From Candidatus Nanoarchaeia archaeon (lineage in GTDB: Archaea > Nanobdellota > Nanobdellia > Woesearchaeales > GW2011-AR9), in the NCBI GenBank assembly GCA_035290865.1, contig DATDTM010000012.1:11134-75133 (forward strand): a stretch of 64,000 nt of DNA, written 5' to 3'. The translations under genes and the position numbers were made by a program. Under the pieces are notes generated by a model. The model did no database searches. It saw nothing but the letters and a program-made list of their open reading frames with translations, and was not told the DNA's origin. Below, piece after piece: positions 38,691 to 48,438 of this stretch; within the stretch, counting starts at the first letter, position 1; each line of letters opens with the position of its first letter.

Positions 38691-38753
38691 CTATGTGACA
38701 ATAGGGGACAGCAAGAAAACGCCAGCGGCATACAAAAAACAGAAAGTTTTAAA

Positions 38754-38771
38754 TACTACAACTTTGTAGTA
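38754..38771. promoter_or_regulatory. palindromic operator TACTACA-N4-TGTAGTA
   Basis: lies between TATA and ATG of the 38779 gene; two more copies at 39915-39948. Confidence 0.7.
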
Positions 38772-38778
38772 TGGAGTA

Positions 38779-39930
38779 ATGGCTGAAGAATTACCTTACT
38801 TTGCTGGAAAAGAAATTCCCCCAAAATATTTAGGAGAATACTTTTTCAATCGCGGGAAAGAGCTAAAAGAATTAAAATGGAAATTAGAACGAGTTCCCCC
38901 GTTAAACTTTGCTCTGTACGGCCAAAGGCGGGTCGGAAAAACTTCTTTGATTGAAAAATTAAAACAAGAATTAGAAAAAAAGAATTTACCCATTTTCATT
39001 AAATGCGAGGAATTACTGCCTCTTGATGAACTTACTTTTTTAGAAAATCTCACTCTTAGGCTATTAGAGGAGTATAGCAAATTAAGCCCGCTTCTGGGAG
39101 TTAAAAAAACGATGCAGGACTTGGTAACTACCACCAAAATTGGATTAGAAATGGCTGACCTTACCTTTTGGCTGAGGTTTGGCGAAAAAAAAATAACTCT
39201 TAAAGAAGCTCTTGACAAAAGCTTTGATTTAATTAATAAAATAAGCTTGAAATCACAGAAAAAAGTAATTATCTTTCTCGATGAATTTCAAGAGCTGTTT
39301 GGGTTTGGAGATAAATTCTTATGGGCGTTGAGGGCAAAAATTGCCTCCAGCCAGGCTTCCTTTGTAGTCAGTTCTTCCTGGCATCGCTTTAAAGAGGAAT
39401 TAACCCATGAAAAAAGGCCTTTCTTTAATTTTTTTGAGACTTATGAGATAAAAGCCGTACCCAAAGAAGAGGCGCGGAGCTTTCTGCTCAAAAGGGCCCA
39501 GAAGTTCAACCTTTGTTTTGATGGAGCGGTTTTAGATAAAATTTTGGAAGTTTCTGAATGTAAGCCGTTCTATCTGCAGCTTTTAGCCTTAAAATGTTAT
39601 ATCTTAAGTTTGCCTAAGAAAAAGGTTACTTTAAGTGTTTTTGAAGCTGCTTTAAAAGAAACTATCACTTCCATTCCTGCCCATCTGATAACCGGTTTTG
39701 AGCGCCTGAGGGGAAGGAACAAAGAAGTCTTCCTGACTCTGTGCCTTTTTGACTTTAAAAAACCAGCTGAGATTGCATCAAAAATCGGTTTAGATGCAAA
39801 GAATGTTATCGTCATTCTGCATCGATTGATTAAAGAGCACGACTTAGTTAAAAAAGAAGAAAATAATTATTTTGTCGCAGATAAATTCCTTAAAGAATAT
39901 GTGAAGCTCCAGTATACTACATTATTGTAG
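38779..39930 (+). CDS. archaeal ATPase (ATPase_2 family) with C-terminal wHTH
   Basis: FFNRGKEL, GQRRVGKTS, FLDEFQ, KPFYLQ; C-terminal HTH. Confidence 0.88.
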   Translation: MAEELPYFAGKEIPPKYLGEYFFNRGKELKELKWKLERVPPLNFALYGQRRVGKTSLIEKLKQELEKKNLPIFIKCEELLPLDELTFLENLTLRLLEEYSKLSPLLGVKKTMQDLVTTTKIGLEMADLTFWLRFGEKKITLKEALDKSFDLINKISLKSQKKVIIFLDEFQELFGFGDKFLWALRAKIASSQASFVVSSSWHRFKEELTHEKRPFFNFFETYEIKAVPKEEARSFLLKRAQKFNLCFDGAVLDKILEVSECKPFYLQLLALKCYILSLPKKKVTLSVFEAALKETITSIPAHLITGFERLRGRNKEVFLTLCLFDFKKPAEIASKIGLDAKNVIVILHRLIKEHDLVKKEENNYFVADKFLKEYVKLQYTTLL

Positions 39931-39985
39931 TACTACAAGTTTGTAGTATATTAAAGATTTTTTTTCTCCAAACGTTAGAGTTATA

Positions 39986-40190
39986 GTAACGAAAACTTGC
40001 CTGCTCATGCCTAGGGTCACTAACGTTCTCAAGTTCTCTGACGAGAACTATCCACGGGCTAAAGCCCGTGGCTTTACGACACTCGCTTACACTGGCAAGT
40101 CCCTGAAAAATTGAAAATTTTTGGGGCACAGAAAATCTTTGATTTTCTTGTGTTTCGGAACAGAAATTTAGCGCCCTAAAGGGTGGAGCT
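39986..40190. repeat. multi-hairpin element family A, copy 2 (truncated by a family B element)
   Basis: matches 11209-~11412; CCACGGGC-TAAA-GCCCGTGG hairpin. Confidence 0.85.
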
Positions 40191-40417
40191 GTCAAAATGC
40201 TCGCGACCACCACCAGTCACATTCTGTCGTTGCACTCCGAAGTTGCTTAACAGCAACGACTGGTGGCATGCCCGCCCTTCGGGCTCGGGTCGCTCGCAGA
40301 ATGAGAGCTGAACATTTTGACTGAGAAGTGCGCCACCAATCAAATCAAGTTGGAACTTTGTTCCTCGTGAGTTGCTTAACAGCAACGATTGGTGGAAACG
40401 ACTTTATTATAACCTAA
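40191..40417. repeat. composite palindromic element (family B plus CCACCAATC module), left of lysS
   Basis: inverted near-copy at 42033-42198. Confidence 0.88.
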
Positions 40418-40440
40418 ACTCCGTTATAAGTAACACCAGC

Positions 40441-41940
40441 TTATTTTCCTCCCCTTCCTTCTTCCTTCTCTTCCTCTCTCGGCTTCATAGTTGGAAACAA
40501 AATTATGTCCCGGATAGAATCTGCCCCAGTCATCAGCATCACCATCCGATCCACCCCAATCCCAATCCCCGTATTAGGAGGCAGGCCGATCTCTAAAGCA
40601 CGGATGAAATCCTCATCCATGGGATGCGCTTCTTCATCTCCGCCCCGGCCTTTCTTAGCCTGTTCTTCTAACAATTCCCGCTGTAAAATAGGATCATTTA
40701 ATTCCGAATAACAATTACCCACTTCCCAGCCATTGATGAACGGTTCGATCCTCTCAATTAATTCTGGATCATTTCTATGCTGTTTAGCTAAAGGACAAGA
40801 TTCTTTAGGATGGTCAATAATATGGGTCGGTTGGATTAATTTATCTTCACACAACTCTTCAAATAATAAGACCATCATCTCCCCCCGGGAAGTTTTTCCC
40901 TCACACTCGATCTTATGCTGGCGGATTAAGGCTACCAATTCTTTATCAGACAACTTATCTAAATCAATCTTCGCTAACTGTTTCAAGGCCTCTTTCATGG
41001 TCAATCTTTTCCAGGGCGCTGTCAGATCGATCTTATTCCCGCCATATTCGATGATCGTAGTTCCTAACACTTTCTTGGCTACATAATCCCAGAGCTGTTC
41101 GGTTAATTCCATAGCTTTATTATAATCCGCATAAGCCCATTGGATTTCCATCATGGCAAATTCAGGGTTATGGGTTCTATCTGCATCTTCGTTCCTGAAA
41201 CAAGAGCTTAAATCATAAATCCTTTCGAAACCGCCTACAATCAGCCGTTTCAAATCTAATTCATAAGCAATTCTAAGATACATGGGCATCTTCCAGGCAT
41301 TGATTTGAGTAATAAACGGCCGGGCATTCGCTCCTCCATACTGAGTTTGTAAAATAGGCGTTCTAACTTCAATAAAATCTTTCTGATCTAAGAACTCTCT
41401 GATCGCCCGATAGATCTTCGCCCGTTTGATGAAAACTTCTTTAACTTCCGGATTGACAATTAAATCTACATATCTTTGCCTGTACCTTAACTCTTCATCT
41501 TTAAGACCATGAAATTTTTCCGGTAAAGGTAATAAAGATTTGCATAAGATCTCAGAACTGGAAACTTCAATGGTAACTTCCCCTTTTTGAGTTTTAAAAA
41601 TAATTCCAGCAATACCCAAAAAATCACCCAGATCAGTTTTTTTAGTTATAATATCGTATTTTTCTTTACCTAATTTATCCTCCTGAAGATAAAGCTGAAC
41701 TTTTCCGCTTTGATCTTGGAGATGAAAAAAGCTGGCCTTGCCCATGACCCGTTTAAGCATGATCCTTCCTGCCACCGAAACTGTATCTTTGGTATGGTCT
41801 CCTGAATTCAGATGAGAATATTTCTGATTAATTTCCAGAGCATGATCAGTTTGAGAATAAGAATAGGGATAAGGATTGATTCCTAAGGCTTTTAATTCTT
41901 CCAGTTTCTTTAATTTGCTTTCATCTAAATTTTCAGCCAT
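40441..41940 (-). CDS. lysS: lysine--tRNA ligase, class II
   Basis: OB fold, YRQRYVDL, GGANARPF, FRNED...HNPEF, GLPPNTGIGIGVDR. Confidence 0.96.
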   Translation of the reverse strand: MAENLDESKLKKLEELKALGINPYPYSYSQTDHALEINQKYSHLNSGDHTKDTVSVAGRIMLKRVMGKASFFHLQDQSGKVQLYLQEDKLGKEKYDIITKKTDLGDFLGIAGIIFKTQKGEVTIEVSSSEILCKSLLPLPEKFHGLKDEELRYRQRYVDLIVNPEVKEVFIKRAKIYRAIREFLDQKDFIEVRTPILQTQYGGANARPFITQINAWKMPMYLRIAYELDLKRLIVGGFERIYDLSSCFRNEDADRTHNPEFAMMEIQWAYADYNKAMELTEQLWDYVAKKVLGTTIIEYGGNKIDLTAPWKRLTMKEALKQLAKIDLDKLSDKELVALIRQHKIECEGKTSRGEMMVLLFEELCEDKLIQPTHIIDHPKESCPLAKQHRNDPELIERIEPFINGWEVGNCYSELNDPILQRELLEEQAKKGRGGDEEAHPMDEDFIRALEIGLPPNTGIGIGVDRMVMLMTGADSIRDIILFPTMKPREEEKEEGRGGK

Positions 41941-42032
41941 AAACCGCTGTTAATAGCTAGAGTTATATAAAGATTTCTTTGGAATAGTACTATATTAGGT
42001 GCGATTCAGATTAAGTGAAAACAACCCCCACC

Positions 42033-42198
42033 TAGATTAAAATAAAGTCGTTTCCACCAATCGTTGCTGTTAAGCAACTCACGAGGAACAAAGTTCCGAC
42101 TTGATTTGATTGGTGGTGCACTCCTCAGTCAAAATGCTCAGTTCTCATTCTGCGAGCGACCCGAACCCGCAGGCGAGTATGGTCGCGAGCATTTTGAC
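42033..42198. repeat. composite palindromic element, right of lysS (inverted)
   Basis: reverse complement of 40191-40417, lacking the innermost insert. Confidence 0.88.
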
Positions 42199-42292
42199 AG
42201 TAAGCCAGAAAGAGTCCAGTAAATTATTACTTATTTTATATATTATTACTAATTTAAGAACAATTTATAAAGAACTGTATATTTTAAGTAAC

Positions 42293-42955
42293 ATGGTGAT
42301 TATTTACAATCCTGATAGCGAACAGATCATCCCAGAACGGATAAAGCAAGCAGAAGCTATTTTATCCCAGATTCCGACTAAATATTGTTTTATTACCGGT
42401 TCATTTTTGTACCAAGAGAAATATAAAGATATTGACCTTTTCGTCATCTCCAAGACCAAAAAAGAATTAAAAAGCAATAACCAAAAAGTAAAAATAACCT
42501 TTTTAGACTTTAACCAACTTTATTCTTTATTTTATCATTCTATCTCTAAAAGTTGTTTCGCTAAAAATATTCTTCCCCAAAAGCCGTTAAAGGTTACTCT
42601 TTCTGACTATTGGCAAATTATTAATGAAGCTATTCCGACTTTATTAAATCAGAAAGATAAATTCCACAAGAATGTTCGCTTTTTAATCCTTTACACCGAA
42701 TACTTTAAAACCGGCCAAATCTTAGATAGTTTCCAGCTCAGCCAAAAAATTCTTTCTTTTAAAAATTACCTAGAAATTATTTATTACGTTCAAGCTGAAG
42801 TTCCCCCAATCATCCAAAAACAGAGTAAACCTTCTTACGCCAAACGTTTCTTTTATACCCAGGCAGGATATTATAAAGAGCATCAAGAATATGCCGCCCA
42901 AAAGTTTTTATATCAATTAACTCATGAAATAGCTAGGATTTTTGCATATGGTTAA
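42293..42955 (+). CDS. nucleotidyltransferase-like protein
   Basis: ITGSFL...KDIDLF (GS...DxD); start reassigned to ATG 42293. Confidence 0.7.
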   Translation: MVIIYNPDSEQIIPERIKQAEAILSQIPTKYCFITGSFLYQEKYKDIDLFVISKTKKELKSNNQKVKITFLDFNQLYSLFYHSISKSCFAKNILPQKPLKVTLSDYWQIINEAIPTLLNQKDKFHKNVRFLILYTEYFKTGQILDSFQLSQKILSFKNYLEIIYYVQAEVPPIIQKQSKPSYAKRFFYTQAGYYKEHQEYAAQKFLYQLTHEIARIFAYG

Positions 42956-43325
42956 ACCAGAAGAATTCAAACAGAAGATAGAAGAGTTAGTTTCGCAGGA
43001 ATACAAGGTAGAATATTTAGGCAATAATTTTGACCAGATCGTTAATCTTCTTACCGAAGTAAAAGCTCAAAAGATCTATCAATGGATAAGTGAAGTAGTT
43101 CAACGGAAAATTCAACCGATTGTCATCGGTTCAAAAAAGCTATATAAAGAATGGACTGCTAATGAATTACTTACTTTCCGTTATCCTTTCAATATCGAAA
43201 ATACAGAATATCGAATTCTTTTTGTAAAAGTTAAGAATTCAGTTTACATTGAATTTCATCTAGGAGATCATAAGTATTATGATAAAATAAGAACAGATCT
43301 TAATCTCAAGAAAAATAGTAACTAA
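42948..43325 (+). CDS. RelE/HigB-like toxin candidate
   Basis: YRILF...GDHKYYD C-terminus; overlaps the upstream stop codon. Confidence 0.55.
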   Translation: MVKPEEFKQKIEELVSQEYKVEYLGNNFDQIVNLLTEVKAQKIYQWISEVVQRKIQPIVIGSKKLYKEWTANELLTFRYPFNIENTEYRILFVKVKNSVYIEFHLGDHKYYDKIRTDLNLKKNSN

Positions 43326-43339
43326 TCTTACTTAATTCT

Positions 43340-43960
43340 TTACTCTTTCAAATGGCTGGGATAAGCCATGGAGGTAAAGAAATCTTTATTCTCTTCGTAA
43401 GGCAGATATCTCTTTAGTTTAAACCACTGTTTGATATAATTCTGTAAAGCATAAGATTCCTGATACAATTCTTTCTTTCTCAGATCTATGGCATCGCTGT
43501 AGATCCGATTGGTAAACAAATCTAATAAGTGTTTCAAAAGCCAATGTTTCTTCCACTCTGCAACATATTTTTTTTCTAAAATAGAATTAATTTTCAGTTC
43601 AATTTCCCCTTTGTTTAATTTAATCTTTTGGCCTTTAACCACCATTTCGGTAGTGGTAATGCCTAAACAATGCATCTCGATATCCATATAATACTGTATC
43701 TTAGCATCATCTAGTTCTTTGGTTATCCGCCAGAGAATCCAGATCTCTTTCATTCCCTGCTGATTAGTCCTATCCCCATAATAACTTTCCCAATGGTCTA
43801 ATTTATCTTCCTTATCTTTCCAATTATTTTCTAACATCCATTCATGTAAAGCTTCATAGAAAGCTTTCAGGTCAAATACATCTTTATATTTAACCCTGAT
43901 GGGCATGAAAGGAGGAAAAATATTGATCTGGGCATCTTTATCCAGTTTCTGGGTAGGCAT
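43340..43960 (-). CDS. hypothetical protein
   Basis: 206-aa ORF with TTTATAAA promoter. Confidence 0.75.
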   Translation of the reverse strand: MPTQKLDKDAQINIFPPFMPIRVKYKDVFDLKAFYEALHEWMLENNWKDKEDKLDHWESYYGDRTNQQGMKEIWILWRITKELDDAKIQYYMDIEMHCLGITTTEMVVKGQKIKLNKGEIELKINSILEKKYVAEWKKHWLLKHLLDLFTNRIYSDAIDLRKKELYQESYALQNYIKQWFKLKRYLPYEENKDFFTSMAYPSHLKE

Positions 43961-44032
43961 AATTAGAAGTAGTCTTTAATGGTTTATAAATTTTTACTCT
44001 TCAAAGCACTACCTAGAAAGCCAAAAGACCAT

Positions 44033-44548
44033 TCAGAACCTCAATCTCATTTTCATCCAAAGATAAAAAATCCAGGCGGTACCTAAGCCCATGTCTAAGA
44101 TAGCTAATTTTAAGAAAGTTCTGAGCTGGTTGGCACTAGCACTAAGCATGGTAATTCCAGACTTTCCTAGAGTAATTCCAAAAGGGGTAAAATAATAATT
44201 TAATGGCCAGAGGAAAGGCACACCCTGATGAGAAACAAAATCTATCAATAGATGCATCAAAACACCAATACTTAAGGCAAAGGCGAATCTTTTCGCTTGT
44301 TTTTCATTTAACAGCCAAAAGACAAAGAAAGCCAAAATCCAGGCTAAAATTACAAACAAAAAACTATGGGTAAAAGTGCGATGGAAATTTGAGTGCAGAA
44401 TAAAATTTATCAAATAATCTGCATCCGGAAGAATTCCTCCTAAAATCAGCCAGGCCCAGGTATAATTTCCGATTTTATTCTTATTTAAAAATTCATAGCT
44501 CTTGCCTGCCAACCAGGATCCGATCAGATGTCCGAAAGCGAAAGTCAT
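44033..44548 (-). CDS. membrane-bound metal-dependent hydrolase (YdjM-like)
   Basis: LPDAD, HRTFTHS, HLLID. Confidence 0.9.
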   Translation of the reverse strand: MTFAFGHLIGSWLAGKSYEFLNKNKIGNYTWAWLILGGILPDADYLINFILHSNFHRTFTHSFLFVILAWILAFFVFWLLNEKQAKRFAFALSIGVLMHLLIDFVSHQGVPFLWPLNYYFTPFGITLGKSGITMLSASANQLRTFLKLAILDMGLGTAWIFYLWMKMRLRF

Positions 44549-44624
44549 AACTAATCCCGCAAAGAAGTGCTTTTTTAAAGCTTGTTAAAGTGAGTTTTAT
44601 GCATAGAAGATATAATCCAAATAT

Positions 44625-45455
44625 TTAAATTTCTTCCCAAGCTTTTTTCAATCTTAAAGCATCTTCATCATTAATCGGACTCTCAGAAATAACTATCCCT
44701 TTAACTCTAAATTCTTTCAATGCTTTTAATAGCTCCAGATAGCGTAAATCACTCTGGTTCAGGTTCAGGTGCCATTTCTCTCCTTTCTCTCCATATTCTA
44801 TTCCTGAGATATGAATATGCATATTATCTAAAATTCTTCTACCTAACTTTTTTTCCAGAAAAGTTAAAATTTCTTTAAATTCTACATAACTATTATTTTT
44901 CCCGATAGAACGCGCATGCAGATGGGAAAAATCTACGCAGGGTAATACCTGTTCCAGCTCCTGGCTTAATCTTACGATTTCGGGAAGGGTTCCCCATTGA
45001 GAAGGTTTACCAGTAGTTTCCGGCCTTAACCAGATCAGATTATTTTCTGAGTTTAAGATTTCAATTATCTCAGCCATTCCTTTCTTAATTATCGAGAAAA
45101 CTTCTTCAACATTCTGGCCCATATAATATCCAGCATGGAAAGTTAAACTTTTCGCTCCAGCTTTCCAGGCAATTCTGGCTGCCTTAAGAATACGCTCTTT
45201 GCTCTCTTCTATTTTTTGTTTTTCCAGAGAACTGAGATTAATATAATATTGCCCGTGGCAGGTAAGATTAATTCCATTCTTCTCTGCGATTATCTTTACC
45301 TCTGCTGCCTTCTCTGCAGAGATATTTATTGAACGCACAAATTCCAATTCCATTGCTCCTAGGCCTAATTTTCGAACTTGTTCAATTCCGCTCAGCACTC
45401 CGCTTTTGGGAGTGGATAAAGGAATTCCTGCTGTGCCAAAATATAGTTTGTCCAT
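44625..45455 (-). CDS. endonuclease IV / AP endonuclease family 2
   Basis: FGTAG, HGQYYINL, ETTGK, DFSHLHAR, HIHISG, ESP. Confidence 0.92.
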   Translation of the reverse strand: MDKLYFGTAGIPLSTPKSGVLSGIEQVRKLGLGAMELEFVRSINISAEKAAEVKIIAEKNGINLTCHGQYYINLSSLEKQKIEESKERILKAARIAWKAGAKSLTFHAGYYMGQNVEEVFSIIKKGMAEIIEILNSENNLIWLRPETTGKPSQWGTLPEIVRLSQELEQVLPCVDFSHLHARSIGKNNSYVEFKEILTFLEKKLGRRILDNMHIHISGIEYGEKGEKWHLNLNQSDLRYLELLKALKEFRVKGIVISESPINDEDALRLKKAWEEI

Positions 45456-45563
45456 AGATCAGAATAAGAAATTAAATGTATATAAAAATTATTACATTCT
45501 AATCTATTCAAATCCAATAAAAAGATTTAAAATAGGCTCTGCTTTCCTAAGCTAAAAAGTAAC

Positions 45564-45839
45564 TAGGGTCAGCTAGGCTGGCGCGCTAGCCCTGCGTTGT
45601 TACCGTGAATGAGCTTTACACGGAGCCGAAGCCTGATAAAAGGGCCAGTTTGGTTTTGTTGGTCCTGATCCGCTTTGCAGACAGCTTGTCCTTTGGGATG
45701 GACTTGCTGGGAATCTGGTCAGATCCGGAAGGAAGCAGCCATAACCTGTAGGTTTCATGTTCAGAGGGTCGCAAGCTCGAGAGGCTTTCAGGAACAAACC
45801 AATGGAGCTATATTGGTTCGATTGTCGGGCCTGCCCCTA
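45564..45839 (+). ncRNA. ffs: archaeal signal recognition particle (SRP/7S) RNA
   Basis: helix-8 motif TCAGATCC-GGAA-GGAAGCAGC; terminal pairing TAGGGTCAG / CTGCCCCTA; GC-rich; TATA upstream. Confidence 0.9.
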
Positions 45840-45917
45840 AAGTTTCTTTTAGTTCGATCAGAATAAATTATTCTAAGAATATCTATAGACCCAAACTAAA
45901 AACAATTTAAAACCATC

Positions 45918-46397
45918 TTAACTCTTGACCATAAAACTTTCCAGAGAGAGATTAATCAGTCCTTCTTTCGCCTGCATCTCTTTGAAGGCAGGATCTAATT
46001 TCACTAACAATTGACTGTTGCAGAAATGCCTTTGCACTGGCACGCCTTTGCTCATCAGGCTGGATAAGCATTCCGGAATCAAAGAATTAGTTAATTGCGC
46101 TTTCTGGGCGATCTCAGGGTAAGATAAAGGCTGTTCTTCAGTATACAAAACTAAGAAAACTTTTCTCTCCGTTTGATTTAAAGGCATAATCTGGGGCTTT
46201 TCCAAATTCAATCCCATCCCCAACTGCAGATTATCTAAACGCTGAGACATTTTTTCTACTTTAATTTCCATCTCTTGAAGATAATCAAACAGAGCTTGAA
46301 TTTCAGTAGTATTCTCATTAATAGAATTCAGGTGCTCTTCTAAAGCCTGCTTGACCTGGTGAAATTCTCCTCTTATTCCTCGGATTAAGTTTGACAT
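45918..46397 (-). CDS. coiled-coil plus wHTH hypothetical protein
   Basis: N-terminal heptads; LSYPEIAQKA HTH-like segment. Confidence 0.75.
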   Translation of the reverse strand: MSNLIRGIRGEFHQVKQALEEHLNSINENTTEIQALFDYLQEMEIKVEKMSQRLDNLQLGMGLNLEKPQIMPLNQTERKVFLVLYTEEQPLSYPEIAQKAQLTNSLIPECLSSLMSKGVPVQRHFCNSQLLVKLDPAFKEMQAKEGLINLSLESFMVKS

Positions 46398-46692
46398 ATT
46401 AATATCAAACGCACGAAATAATTGTAATAAAAACGAAGCGATTTAAGCCTAACCGGTACGTTTGATATTACGAGACGTTCGTACGTCGAGTTTACCTCTA
46501 ATCCCCATTATCAAAAAAGAGCAGAAAGATTTTGCTCTCTCTCACTACCACCCTGTTAAAATGGATTTTTTACTGATTTAAATACCTTTCGTTTTTGCTT
46601 CTAACATCACTTTGGAATGGTTAGAAAAGGTTAATAAAGAGTTTAAGTTTAAAGAACAATTCTTCTTAAAAAACTATTCTCTTTAAATCAGT

Positions 46693-47268
46693 TTAAACAA
46701 AATCCAATAATTCTTTTAATACTATTGACAGTTCAGTAATTCCATCACTGCCGCTATAATGAGCTTTATCTTTTTCAATCACGATTTTAGCTCCCAATTT
46801 CTCTTTAAATATTTTCGAATCAGTTAAGGGAACAAAATGATCATTATCTGAAAATATGGCCGTAAAATTAGAAGTGTGGGATTTAATTTTCTGCCAATCG
46901 ATCGGTGTATCCAACCAGGGACGGGCAGTTTGGAAATCTTCTGCATTTTCAAAAGCTTTCTCGCTTAGGTTTATCCAGCCAGCCAATAGGATAACTCCGC
47001 CAACTTTAACTTTTGGGCTTAAAGATTCTAAATATCTTAAAACCGTTTGCGCTCCGATAGAATGTCCTACTAAAAAAGTGTTCTCATCTGGCTTCCTCAC
47101 TACTTTTCTTAAGAAACGAACCCACTCTTCAATTTTCGGGTGTTTTGGTTGAGGCATAGCTGGAACCGTAACTTGAAAACCTTTCTCTTCCAATTCTTTC
47201 TTCAGCCAGGGAAAACCCCCCTCTTCAGGATAGCCGTCCCAGCCATGGATGATAAAGACTCGTTTCAT
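46693..47268 (-). CDS. alpha/beta hydrolase (RBBP9/YdeN family)
   Basis: IIHGW, GHSIG, SDND, H; start reassigned to ATG 47268. Confidence 0.92.
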   Translation of the reverse strand: MKRVFIIHGWDGYPEEGGFPWLKKELEEKGFQVTVPAMPQPKHPKIEEWVRFLRKVVRKPDENTFLVGHSIGAQTVLRYLESLSPKVKVGGVILLAGWINLSEKAFENAEDFQTARPWLDTPIDWQKIKSHTSNFTAIFSDNDHFVPLTDSKIFKEKLGAKIVIEKDKAHYSGSDGITELSIVLKELLDFV

Positions 47269-47351
47269 GATCAAGTAAAACTCAACTTTAGTTATAAACT
47301 TTTTCAAACCATACAACAAACCTTAAAAACTCTTTCTACTTCTAATCCAAC

Positions 47352-47978
47352 ATGGGTATCCGCTCCAAGAAAGATTTAGAATTAGAATTAAGCAAACTCA
47401 AAAATTTCCAGAATCCTTCTTTAGAATTAGAACAGTATGCCACTCCCGAAGATATTGCCGCAGACTGGGTCTGGCAGATGGCTTTGAAAGGCGAAGTTGC
47501 TGGAAGAATCATACTGGATGCAGCCTGCGGTCCGGGCATCTTAGGAATAGGCTTATTACTGATGGGAGCAAAAAAAGTTTATTTTCTGGACCAGGATAAA
47601 GAAGCCATCAAATTATGCCAGGAGAATTATCAAGCCATCCAAAAAGAGTACGAATTAGGTTCCGCAGAATTCATCATCGAAGATATCTCTTTGTTTGATG
47701 AACCAGTGGATATCGTTATTCAAAATCCTCCTTTCGGCACTAAAAACGAACATGCAGACAAGAGGTTTTTAGAGAAAGCTTTTTCCGTAGCTAAAGTAGT
47801 CTACAGTATGCACAAATTTTCCACTAAGACTTTCGTAGAAGCCATCGCCAAAGATTTTGAATTTAAGATAACCCATCATTGGCGTTATGATTTTCCCATC
47901 AAAGCCACTTTTGAATTCCATCAGAAGCCAGTAAAAATTGTAGATGTAGGTTTATGGAGAATGGAAAAGATAAGATAA
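47352..47978 (+). CDS. METTL5-family RNA N6-adenine methyltransferase
   Basis: LEQYAT, DAACGPG, NPPFGTK, YSMHK. Confidence 0.92.
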   Translation: MGIRSKKDLELELSKLKNFQNPSLELEQYATPEDIAADWVWQMALKGEVAGRIILDAACGPGILGIGLLLMGAKKVYFLDQDKEAIKLCQENYQAIQKEYELGSAEFIIEDISLFDEPVDIVIQNPPFGTKNEHADKRFLEKAFSVAKVVYSMHKFSTKTFVEAIAKDFEFKITHHWRYDFPIKATFEFHQKPVKIVDVGLWRMEKIR

Positions 47979-48027
47979 GAAGTATTCTTGATTTTAACCG
48001 AGTATAGAAATAAATTAGAAGATTAGT

Positions 48028-48124
48028 TATAGACGATTTTGAAAAACTATTCAAAATCGTCTTAAAGGACTTTAGTTTAAGCCCAAACTTTTATGGTTAA
48101 AGAGGTTATTCAAAGTCCTCTATA
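48028..48124. mobile_element. TATAG-ended MITE doublet, copy 2
   Basis: TATAGACGATTTTGAA...TTCAAAATCGTCTTA joined to ...TTCAAAGTCCTCTATA. Confidence 0.72.
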
Positions 48125-48195
48125 ATCGAATCGTATTAATTCTTAAACATTTACAAAAGCGCAACATTTAAATATACCAACTATTTAAACGCATT

Positions 48196-48438
48196 ATGGC
48201 TACCATTACTATTAATATAGATAACCAAACTGAAACCATCTTCAGGGAAGCTGTTAAAGAGGAATTAGGCACAGAAAAAGGGAAATTGGGGCAGGCGGTA
48301 AATGAGGCGCTTCAATTATGGATCAATAAAAAAAAGCAGGAAGAGATTTCCCAGCGGCAATTAACGCTATTAAAGACTGGTTTTAAATTAGGTAAGTGGA
48401 AATTTAACCGGGATGAGCTTCATGAACGAACCAATTGA
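48196..48438 (+). CDS. VapB-like antitoxin (RHH)
   Basis: MATITINID...AVNEAL...RDELHER; overlaps the PIN gene. Confidence 0.85.
   Translation: MATITINIDNQTETIFREAVKEELGTEKGKLGQAVNEALQLWINKKKQEEISQRQLTLLKTGFKLGKWKFNRDELHERTN

Noticed and set aside
38716..38727. 12-bp match to the tRNA-Ser 3' end (CGCTGGCGTTTT) as an att site
   Set aside because: Inverted rather than direct, short, and no integrase in the interval.
39986..40417. Repeat cluster as a possible CRISPR array
   Set aside because: No regularly spaced direct repeats with unique spacers and no cas genes; these are nested palindromes.
45600..45866. Short ORFs 45600-45797 (-) and 45675-45866 (+)
   Set aside because: Both overlap the SRP RNA and are shadow frames.
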